Assembly: GCA_021613535.1 (NCBI GenBank) | Contig: CP075494.1 | Coordinates: 1,178,001-1,242,000, forward strand | Direction: 5' to 3' | Source of the DNA: Adineta vaga | Lineage: Eukaryota; Animalia; Rotifera | DNA: 64,000 nucleotides | In this document: one piece after another, positions 13,756 to 24,072 of the stretch | How positions within the stretch are numbered: the stretch's first letter is position 1 | Layout: the number at the start of each line of letters is the position of its first letter | Position numbers and translations under genes: made by a program | Notes under the pieces: model-generated | What the model saw: only the letters and a program-made list of their open reading frames with translations | Told to the model about the DNA's origin: nothing | The model's database searches: none

Positions 13756-13990
13756 TCAAAGTCATTTGAATACATTTGCTGCTTTATTTATGAATGGTTT
13801 TAATCCATTTAATATTGGTTTATATTTAATTTCATCAATTAATATATTTGATGAAAATAATCAGTTTAAATTATCACATAATCTTAAAGCAAATAATCAA
13901 TATATTTTACTTTTAACAACAACTGTACCAAATCAAACAGGAAATTTTACAATTATTGCATCAGGTCCTGATTATATTCAATTTATTTAA
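13751..13990 (+). pseudogene. C-terminal fragment of a beta-sandwich domain common in bdelloid proteins
   Basis: NTFAALFMNGFNPFN...NQFKLSHNLKANNQYILLLTTTVPNQTGNFTIIASGP*; begins directly after the palindrome and has no start of its own. Confidence 0.5.
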
Positions 13991-14104
13991 GAAAATAAGA
14001 TTTTGGTGAAGGGATAAAAATTTCATGTCTTTGACATTTTCAAAAATAAATCTTCAATCATGTTTTCTCTTTCTGAAGTGAAATTATAATTGCTAAATTT
14101 CCTT

Positions 14105-14982
14105 TTAATGAATAAATTGTTTAATAAACCATCCATATGAAAAATAATTAGCTTTTGGAAGAAGAATCAACTTCGATTCTGATCCATCTACTTTAACATA
14201 GGAAACTCCTTGTACAAACGGTCCAGTTAATTTAATAGATGCATAAAAAATATTTTCCGCAATATCATATGCCGAAAGTGAAGTAACAACAATATTTGGA
14301 TCGTCATAAATATTTCCAACATCTTTACTAATTCCACCTTTAGTTCGATCTAAAATTCCAACAGAAGAAACAACATGAACACTTGTATTTATATATGTTG
14401 TATACATAGTAAATGTTTTATAATCAAATCTCATACTAATCGGTGAGAAATTCATTTTTGTTTTCCAATCAACACCACCCGAATTACTTGTATTAATATA
14501 CCTACATATGTAAAATGTTGATCTTCATTCATCATTAGAAAATATTTTCGACAAATTGGACAATAACTTGATATATGAGTTGGTTTCATATTATGAATTG
14601 TTCCTAAGATTTGTTTAATATTTCCATTATTTGTATCAATTTCAACGATGGATGTCACATTTTCTTCATCAGTTTCAATATGTGTTAATAACACTTAATA
14701 TTATTTGATTGTTATTATTTGGTGCGGCAATATAAACAACATCAGCATTTGGATCATATGTTAATGGTAAAACAGAGTATTTGATGTTTTGAGGATTTCC
14801 AACATCGTTTATATCTAATTTACTCTAAATTGTGATGTATCGAAATTAAGTGTTCCATAATAAACATGAGTTTGATCAGAATCAGAAAATAAACCATGAA
14901 GAATATGCGGTGAATCTTGTTTTGCTAAACAAATTGATTTTATTACAGATATGATGAAGAGAACTAGAAATAGTTTCATCAT
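14105..14982 (-). pseudogene. Secreted beta-propeller-like protein, frameshifted (similar architecture to 12119-13060)
   Basis: MMKLFLVLFIISVIKSICLA signal peptide, then LTYDPNADVVY. The frame breaks near 14690 and again near 14455-14500; the C-terminal piece contains SAYDIAENIFY. Confidence 0.65.
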
Positions 14983-15444
14983 TTATAAAATTAACTAGAG
15001 TAAAAGAAATGAAATGTAGTATCACGATGATCTCTTGTGTGTTTTATATCCTGTAGAATTCGCTTATCTTTTGCTGATAGATACGACCTATTAAAATAAT
15101 ACTGTCATGATGAAAAGAACAAAAAAAAGTACTAAAATAATAATTTTGTATAGATATTTGTTGACCGTTAAGTACTTTACCTAGGAGTTGTCGTTTTTGA
15201 TCAGTACTATTTTATGATCACCGAATTTGCTCACAGGAATATTACGAAACCGATTGGTTCCGTACTGGATTATTTGACATGCAAACAGTTGTTTATTTTC
15301 AATAGAAATGTTCGTTAAGAAAGAATAATTTAAAGGTGTGAGTAAAGAGAGACACAATTGTTCGTTTGAATTGAAACTTTTTATTATATAATTACAAATT
15401 GGAAGCTTTAGTATGCGAAAAATTGTCTTAAATTATAGAGTTAT

Positions 15445-15517
15445 TCTTGAGGGTGGGTGTGGGTGTTTTTGAATACTGATGCTCTTAGACCAACGCCCTC
15501 ATCCACATCCACACCCT
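15445..15517. repeat. Telomere-like palindrome element
   Basis: TCTTGAGGGTGGGTGTGGGTG...CCCTCATCCACATCCACACCCT. Confidence 0.8.
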
Positions 15518-16287
15518 TTGCAGGATTGAGGGGAAGTCGTGCTTCCCTATCAGGAAATCGCTAGGATTAACCTCCTCTGGCCCATAAAAGGTAACGTTCC
15601 CATCCAGCTGACCATCTTTAAAATTATGTTTCCCCGACATTATCCAATGCTCTTTTCTAAATAGATCTTACACATATTAGTATATGAATTTTAAGAATAC
15701 GATTACATACCCAAGTTCTCCTTTATTCTCAAATGTGCCACGTTTGAAAATCCACACGCCGAATGGAGTACCATCAATGTAAACTTTCTCAAAGAATTGT
15801 ATTCCTTGTAAATGATTCACACGCTTTTGACTCAAGTCGAATATCTGTCAACGGAAATTATAGTGAAAACGTCCTTTAATCTATTGAATCAAAATAAACG
15901 AATGTATCTCCAGTCAACAAATACCAATCATCAATGAGATCTCGGTTTTATTCTTTAGACAAACATTCGTATGAGTTCTTTTACGGCATGCTGCAGTCAT
16001 TTAATACTCATCGATTCAATGAAACTTACCAAAAGATTGGAGCCGGTACGAGTCATGGGTTCGGCAACTTTAAATACGGCCTCTACCTTGGCTGCACGAT
16101 CCCCGGAATGCTTAGCTGCACTCTAGAAAGGTATAAAAGAACTAATGAATCGTTGATATTTCGCGAAATTTACCTCGAGATCCTCTAGTGTAACGACGTC
16201 CACACCTACAAGCGTTTCTTGTGTTCCTTGATATCTATGGCTGTATAAAATAAAAATAAAAAAACGAAGGGAATTAATTAGAATCAT
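15485..16287 (-). CDS. YvgO-like (Bacillus stress-response protein family) gene with three spliceosomal introns (not in ORF track)
   Basis: Exons 16287-16174, 16122-16030, 15844-15711 and 15656-15485, all GT-AG and in phase. Product ...SAAKHSGDRAAKVEAVF..GSNLLIFDLSQKRVNHLQGIQFFEKVYIDGTPFGVWIFKRGTFENKGELGKEHWIMSG... matches the recalled YvgO pattern VFNLSQ..HLNGVQFY...DGITYGIWVFEDGTFTNKG. The start codon is uncertain. Confidence 0.7.
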
Positions 16288-16465
16288 AAGGAAGACATGA
16301 ATTGCATTGATCTTATGAACTAAGATCGAAATTTCCGAATTGTCTTAATTTTATTGAACCTCATCCTCAACTGATGATGCAACTCTTTAACAAGATGAAA
16401 ACAGTATATTGTCATGGCAGCTGTTCTCTAGCAATAGGTCGAAACGCATCATGATTGCTATAAAC

Positions 16466-17287
16466 TCACGTCTTATAATCTAATTTTGCCAAGACGGGTA
16501 AATGATCAGATGGATAATATTTATTATTATGATGATCAGTTAAATGTTGATGTGTCAAGGTTTTAAAATATGTTGGTGTAATGAAAATATAATCTATTCG
16601 ACTATCGATATCAAATTCTACATTGAACGTAGACCAAGTACCATTAGGACCCTCATGAGACTCTTCAGACAATTCTTTTGCATCTCCAAAATCAGAATCA
16701 TTTATAATAGTACGATATGCACGAGAGTTAGATTCTGTATTAAAATCACCAGTTAATATTACCGGTGTCGATCCAGCCTTTTCTTTGATCTTTTTTAAAA
16801 TAAGATCAGCACTTTTTTCACGAGCTTCACAACTTCTATGATCCAAATGTGTATTAAAATGATATATTTCCTTTTCCGTTTTTCGATCTTTGAGTTTTAC
16901 CCAACTGCAAATTCTTGGGCAATCAGCTCCCCATCCTCTCTCACCAATTTCGCCCGTGTCTGATAACCAAAAAGTACCGTCCTCAAGCCATTCAAATCGA
17001 TCGCATCGATAGAATACACCACCAAATTCACCACCCTCACGTCCATCATCACGACCAACACCATAAGAATCGTAATCATATAATCCATTTCTTAAACCAC
17101 TCATTTGTCCTGAAAGAGCTTCTTGAACACCAAATAAATCAGGACTATACCTACGAATAAGGTTAATAACACTATCTTTACGATAGTACCACGTATTATT
17201 CCTTGACGGAATAAGTGACCAGTCATTCAGAGTATTTACACGAATGTTATATGTCATGACCTTTAATGTAGTAGTATTCGATGCCAT
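16466..17287 (-). CDS. Endonuclease/exonuclease/phosphatase (EEP) family protein, bacterial-like, intronless
   Basis: Motifs MTYNIR, DLFGVQE, GVGRDDG, GTFWLS, NTHLDH, LTGDFN, RIDYIF and YPSDHLPV. Confidence 0.92.
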   Translation of the reverse strand: MASNTTTLKVMTYNIRVNTLNDWSLIPSRNNTWYYRKDSVINLIRRYSPDLFGVQEALSGQMSGLRNGLYDYDSYGVGRDDGREGGEFGGVFYRCDRFEWLEDGTFWLSDTGEIGERGWGADCPRICSWVKLKDRKTEKEIYHFNTHLDHRSCEAREKSADLILKKIKEKAGSTPVILTGDFNTESNSRAYRTIINDSDFGDAKELSEESHEGPNGTWSTFNVEFDIDSRIDYIFITPTYFKTLTHQHLTDHHNNKYYPSDHLPVLAKLDYKT

Positions 17288-18139
17288 TGCTATAGATAAA
17301 ACGACAATAAAATCTAAAAAGAAAAACTAATAATACTTTTTTCAAATATCACAGTTATATCAAATATTAAAATTTTCAGTGAGAAAAAAACCCACAACCT
17401 TACATTCAAATAAAGAAAGACGATAAAAATATGACAGCTCAGTCTCCCGAATCCAGGATATAAAGAGGAAAGAATCTGAATATAGTGATTATAGTATATC
17501 TATGAATGTATCAAAAATAAAACCCCAAGACACGAAGACAATAATAACAAAATGTATGATACACACGTATATGTATATTCTTTCTCCTACAAAATAAGAG
17601 AAAAAGAAGAAGTCCTTGCTAAGAAAAACTGAAATAACTCAATGATAGGGTATTACTAACATCACTGATTCATTTGTAAACAGAATATATTATTGGACAA
17701 AAGATAGCAGAGCAATATATTAAGAATCTATCGCCATCTATAAACATACTAAATTCAAAAAGCAATAAGAACGTATTTATCAAATATATCAGTTATCCGA
17801 TGATAGAAATATAAAGTGATTATATCAAAAGAATTATGCAGATTGAAAATTCTTTATTTTTAAATATCTCAATGATAAAGTTTATATTTCATATATTGAG
17901 AATTTCATATTAATATCTGTGGCACTCATAAGATTCAAGTAACATTTAAATATCCAATTGTATGATAACTCTATACTGATCCTCATCGCTACGTTGCGTA
18001 CTAAAATTTCTATTTTAACGATAGAAGAAAAATGACGCACATTATCCCAATGATATTTGTTCTTCTTTACTATCAACTACTGTCTACTATAGCTTTATTG
18101 TCCGACTAACTCGCAGAAAAATCGACATAAGCAAGAACA

Positions 18140-18186
18140 AGGGTGTGGATGTTTGAGAAGAAGACATAATCTCACCCACACCCTAA
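18140..18186. repeat. Telomere-like palindrome element
   Basis: AGGGTGTGGATG...CTCACCCACACCCT. Confidence 0.7.
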
Positions 18187-18416
18187 AGTAAAGTTATACC
18201 CTGCTCGCTTATATCCTCTTGCTCTCTTTCGGTCAAAGTTCATATATAAAACATATAGCTTCTTCATTTTCCTCTCAAGAATGAACATAGTCTGGCAAAA
18301 GATATCACTCGATGAATAAACCAGATTGAAAGGAAAAAAATACAAATTACCCTTTCTTTCTTTCTTTCTCTTTTCATCTTGCTTGTGTTCTTTCCACAGA
18401 TACACATAAAACACAG

Positions 18417-19413
18417 ATGTTCTCTGCTGATAAAATTGATTCTCGAATCTATCTCGGTAACCTAAAATCAGCACAAAACTTACCTTCAAATATTACTCAT
18501 GTCTTAACTGTTCTTGATTCTCAACCAACATTTAAAGAAGATAATTGTTCAGCCAAGATCAAACGTCTCTATATCAATTCTCATGATGTATCTCATATGG
18601 ATCTTCTAAGTGAATTTGAACAATGTTATGATTTTATTGTACAAGCATTAGAAGAAAATGACATGAATCAGGTGTTGATTCATTGCTATGCAGGGAGAAG
18701 TCGTAGTGCTACAATTGCTTTAATGTATTTGATGAAAAAGTATCAATACACTTATGAAGAAGCTGAGAAACATTTAAAACAAAGACGACCAGATATCGCA
18801 GTCAATGAAGGTATTTTTCTGAAGAAAATCTTTCTAAACTGATGAGTTTTTAATATAAGTATGTTGGATGATAAAAATAGGAGTTCGCATACACATAAGT
18901 TCTTTGTTTTATCTCTTTTCTATCGCTATCTTTTCACTTATTATTCATTATACAGGATTTAAACGTGAACTTCAACTTTTCTTCGAATTCGGATACACTA
19001 TTGATCGTCAACACAAATGTTATCTGGCACATCAACTTGAATGTCTTCGACTGAAGTATATTGAAACCTATGGTTATGAAGCAAAACGTCAAATAAAACA
19101 ACAATTCTTAGCACTTCTCTCAGCTTCAGTATCGTCTGATGAGAGCTCTCCACCATACTATTCATGCAGAGAATGTAAAACAAAATTATTTATGGAGACG
19201 GATGTCATTTATAAAGATTTGAATTACATCTATTTAACTTATATTTCATTGATAGTTGAACAATTTGGTCCATATGCTCATGGTGATTTAAAGTGTCAAA
19301 AATGTGAGAAGAAATTGGGCAGTTATCGATTACAAGGGAAAATAGTAAATAATATACAACAAAAACCTTGTTTTGAATTTGATTTAAAACTGCTTGTTAC
19401 AATAAATGAATGA
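18417..19413 (+). CDS. Dual-specificity phosphatase with C-terminal CxxC..CxxC domain (DUSP12/YVH1-like), 2 exons
   Basis: HCYAGRSRS active-site loop; intron 18811-18955 joins NEG-FKRELQLF; CREC and CQKC in exon 2. Confidence 0.85.
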
Positions 19414-19477
19414 GAGGAATTTGTTTTTGTTTCAAATAAAATATTAAGCGTCAAGCAAGTCGACAAATTTTTGCGAT

Positions 19478-19517
19478 TGGGTATAGATGAGACGCCTACA
19501 CACTTACCCTCAAGATG
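19478..19517. repeat. Telomere-like palindrome element, degenerate
   Basis: TGGGTATAGATGAG..CCTACACACTTACCCTCAAGATG. Confidence 0.55.
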
Positions 19518-20234
19518 AAATTTGATCATCGAATTTGTCAAAAATTAAAATTGTAATTGATATCACTTCAAGTTAAACAATAGTCTCGTAATCTTGCTGA
19601 TTTATAACAAAATATTTCTCTATATCTTCATATTCTGATGAATAGTTATTGCACCACATCAATCCTCATGACCTTCTTTTTCTTTATTCACTTTAGAATT
19701 ATTTATTCATTAGTATCAAAGTTCCTGTATGATCGAAATGTAATCTAACATTATAAAAATTTCTAGTTACGATTTTAGAGAGGATTGAGAATGAAATTGA
19801 TTTTACAAAAAAAATGAGTATTTTGCTTTCGAAAGTTAATCACTATTTGAGCAAAAAAGTTGGAATTATTTCCTCGTATGTAAAGTTGCTAGATCAGTCC
19901 GTCTTACTATTGAAACACGCAGAAAATACATGTCTTCCACAGTCGAAGGTTAAGTGAGTCGTTATGACGAGCGTTACTTGTTCTAATAAAATAAATGATG
20001 AATGAAAATTACACAATATGTAGAAAGCTAAGAGGGATTTCAACACATGTACACAATTTAGACATTTTTTCCTTTTCATTTCACATACATGACTTGTTTA
20101 TCACTGTCATTATAATGGGTATTTTCACAAGATACGAGTAAGATGGTATTTTTCTCTTTACTTTTATTATATGATGATGTTTTGTATTTAAATAGAGATT
20201 TCATTATTCATTTTTCAAAGAATTTATAATTCTA

Positions 20235-22307
20235 ATGGCAACTAACGAATGTATTGTACATTCTTGTAGGAATGTACCTAATTTTCATACAATTTTTAAT
20301 AACCTTCGTCTTGAAAATATATTTTCTAATGATGTTTATCAAGAATTACCAAAACGATGTTGTTCATGTAAAGGAATGAAAGGTAAATAGAATTAATTAA
20401 TAAGATTTTGATTTTGACTTTTAATTTAGGATTAAAAACTATTAATCGTCAGATTTTACGAGAAATGTGTGAAGATATTGTATTATCATTAAATTCTACA
20501 CTTAAATTTCGATTCTCATCAAACATGAACAAGTTTGTTAAATTGAAAAGAAATCAAATATTCGGTATCTTAAACTATATTTAGATTTTTATTAACGGAA
20601 AAAGAGGAAGAAAATAATCAATACTTAACTGATACAACAGATGATGAACAATCACAAGACTCAATTTCAACAAATGATAATATAAATATAAATTTTCTTC
20701 ATCAGCCTATCGTATCGACAAATGAATTTAACAATTTTAGTACAGATTTATCAAAAATGGCCTTAATCGATCGATTGAATTCACTGGAAGATTCTATAAA
20801 TCAAGAAAATACAGAAGGCAAATTCTTAAAAGGTATGTTCATTCTATTTCTATTAAATTCAATGAAAAATTAGATTTGAGATTTTTATAAATATTACTAT
20901 TATATATTTTAGTTTTAGAAACATTTGAAGTAATAAAAGTAACTGATGGATGTATTGTACATAATTCTAAATATCGATCAAAATTTAATAATGCTATTAA
21001 TTTAATTCGATTGGGAAAAAATTATAATCAACAAATTTATCATGAATTACCTAAACGATGTTGTTCATGTAATGGAAAAAAAGGTTAAATATTTTATATT
21101 GAAATTATATTTGATTTTATTATTTATTTTAGGTTTAAATATTATTGATCTTAATGTATTAATTAATATATGTGATGAAATTGTATCAGATCAATCAAGA
21201 AAACCAATACCGAATGAATCTTCCTATGATTTTACTCTTCCGTTTCAACCAAAAACAGACTTTCGAGAACGTCGCGAAAGAATTTGTCGTTTTATTGGAA
21301 AAAAAGGTCGAAATTTAAAAGTTTTACGAGATAAATATAATATTTCTATTCACATTAACAATAAGCATTCAAATAGAAGACAAGAATTAATTAATCCAGA
21401 TGAAATGCACGTGATTATTAAGATGAAAAACAAATTAAAGACAGATACAATCTATTTTGATGAAATAAAACAAGAAATAAATGAGAAATGGGAAGAAGCA
21501 AGTGAAATTCGATTTATTCAAAAACAATTTACTTTTGATCATAATCAATTTCAATTTATTTCTCTTTCATTGGAATCGAATCTTTCATTGGAATCGAATC
21601 TTTCATTGGAAGAACAACATGATATAATAGGTCGTTTTATTGGAAAAAAAGGAGAGAATTTACGTAATTTAGAAGGTCAATATAATATTTGTTTAAATAT
21701 TATTAATCAACAATCTTCTTATCGAAAATCATTTGAAAAACTTATTGAAAGACAAGAAAATAATGTTTATGTATTTATTACTAAGAAAAATCAATCAATA
21801 ACAAATGAAATTTCTATTGAAAAAATCAAAGAACAAATAATTGAAAAATGGAAAGAAGCAAGTATTGAACCTAATGATGAGGATGATGAATTATTTCATT
21901 TTTTATCACTTTCATTCGAATCAAACGTTACTTTGAAAGAACGTCGCAGAAAAATTGGTTGTCTTATCGGAAAAAATAGTCAAATTTTACATAATTTACA
22001 AGAAAAATATAATATCAACATACAAATCGTTGATCAATTTTCTAAAAAGAATATTCGAAGGAAATTCAATAAAATAAAAGATAAAAATAAATTAAATAAA
22101 ATTTATATATTAATTACAAATAATAACAAATTAGCAATGGATACAATTCTTATTGATAATATTAAACAACAAATAATTAAACAATGGACAAATAACAATG
22201 AATCTATTAATAACAATAATACTCAATTAAACTCTCTACCAGCATCACCAATCGAATTCAATTCCGATAATCGATGGCATCAAAAGAAAAATTATCGTAG
22301 AAAATAA
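20235..22307 (+). CDS. Multi-exon KH-domain RNA-binding protein with two N-terminal Cys/His modules
   Basis: ATG at 20235; introns at about 20383-20429, 20533-20584, 20833-20913 and 21084-21132. Three KH-like repeats (FIGKKG, FIGKKG, LIGKNS). Confidence 0.75.
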
Positions 22308-22394
22308 ACTATCATATATTGAATATTTTTTCTTTTATTTGTTAATACATATTAATTCACTTATAAATATCACCCGTGTATTAAATATAAATAA

Positions 22395-22655
22395 ATGCGA
22401 AAACTTCGGATTTTATCCGAAAGTTATGTGTACTGCAAAAAGTGTATGAGATACAAGATATAGGGAAATATCATTATTTTTTCAATAACTCACCAATGGC
22501 TCGGTCAATCTGGCTCATCTTGGAACTCGAGCGAGATATTGTTGTGACAATACTCTAGCAAGTTTCATCATAATCAGATTAGCCTTTCGGAAGTTATTAT
22601 GTAAACGAAACGATGGACGGATACATCGATTGATTCTAGTTATGCGCTCACTTTT
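22395..22655. mobile_element. Short interspersed repeat resembling DINE-1/HINE (Helentron-associated) elements
   Basis: Motif series AAGTTTCATCATAATCAGA..TTTCGGAAGTTAT..GATGGACGGA and a small hairpin TTCGGATTTTATCCGAA; boundaries approximate. Confidence 0.35.
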
Positions 22656-22920
22656 TCCGTACACTTGAAAAAGTACAAGGTTCTGAATCTGTTATCTATA
22701 CGATATTGTTGTTACCTGGATTATGTTCATCTGAGGCCTTCCAATTCAAAGAAATTATGTTATGAATGAACTTCAACATTTTTCACCAACCAACACACTT
22801 AAAATGACTTGGCTGAAAGTCACTGAAGTCTTCCTGCTGACCCCCACTGTGATGATTTTCCATAGACGACGCTTTAGCTCTGATGAAGCTACGCTTTCCT
22901 TTATTTCTTCCTATCATATA

Positions 22921-23340
22921 TCTTGAGGGTGGGTGTGGTGTGGGTGAGGGTATGTGATTTCAAATCTTTACTCATTTTCACACCCAAATGCTGAAAACAA
23001 ATATTGTGTTCCTTGCCATTTATTTATAGACGAGTGATATTTACAAGAAAAATTCTATCGTCTTCCTTTTCACCTGCTTAACGCAATGTAGTCAATTTGA
23101 AGTTTTACATGCATGAAAGTGTAAGAAACGCATCTTGAGGGTGGGTGTGGGTGTGAGTGCGATTGTTTCCTCTATCCAACACCCACACCCACACCCACAC
23201 CCACACCCTCAAGATGATAATGTTTGCACACCTGTATATCCAAACCAAAATGAACCATCTCGAGGGTGTGGTTGAGTGTATGTTTGAATAGGTGCCAGTC
23301 AATGTCTTTATCCATCCTCATCCTCACCCACACCCTTAAT
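22921..23340. repeat. Cluster of three telomere-like palindrome elements (22921-22986, 23131-23216, 23256-23340)
   Basis: Best copy: CATCTTGAGGGTGGGTGTGGGTGTGAGTG-spacer-(CACCCA)4CACCCTCAAGATG. Confidence 0.88.
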
Positions 23341-23409
23341 TGGAATTAAATAATTTTTATTCTAAACGATTCAATTATCTTTCTTCTCTTGACTTTTACT
23401 TTAACTTAC

Positions 23410-23650
23410 TTCCCATTGTCTTCCATATCCTGAATAATATAATCAGACCAAATCATTTTCTTCAATTAAATCTTTCAAGTTTAAATTTAATTATTCTTTT
23501 CCATTGAAAATTTCAAATCCAATTTGTTTTCAAATTGAATTCATTTTTATTGCATCACCTATTGATTGAGGTAAACGATCATTCATAGCATAATAACTGT
23601 TACCAATTATTAACGTGAATTTACGACGAAATTTATCATTCAAATGAAAA
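23410..23650 (-). pseudogene. Degenerate peptidase C14 (caspase-like p20) exon
   Basis: RRKFTLIIGNSYY..RLPQSIGDAIKM..*KQIGFEI..EENDLV*LYYSGYGRQWE followed by GTAAGT. Several stops; the catalytic His position (SGHG) reads SGYG. Confidence 0.6.
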
Positions 23651-24072
23651 TCTTTTGAAATTGCTTTCAGATTTTTCAATAATGAGAAATTTGTTAGAGA
23701 AAAAGAATTAAATTATATTAGAAAACTTTCAAAAACCGTGAAAAATAAAATTCGATAATGATTTACAATTAAAGTCCTTTTTTTTTATCGAAATATTTCA
23801 TTTTGATACGATGAAATTAATAATTCAATATTCATTTTTTTAATGAATAAAAATGAGAAGAATAAATAAAGATTTTCAAAAAAAGAATTATTCATTTGTT
23901 TATATGAATAAAAGTTTGAAAAAATTTCTATTCTTTTCTATTTTATAATAATGTTACAAATAAATGGCAAAATATGTTAATTTGTCATTGAGAAGAATTT
24001 AATTTGTGATTAATGAAAAAAAATTTTTTTATTCAAAATTAAAATGAATCTTTTTGCTACATTGGATTAGTT

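Noticed and set aside
16466-17287. Bacterial contamination
   Set aside because: The gene is contiguous with intron-containing genes, has similar AT-rich composition, and is flanked by the same host repeat family.
23105-23302. ORFs with WVWVWV or HPHPHP (also 13664, 27782) and KYKYKY or VLVLV (53377-54859)
   Set aside because: Translations of the palindromic hexamers and of hAT subterminal repeats.
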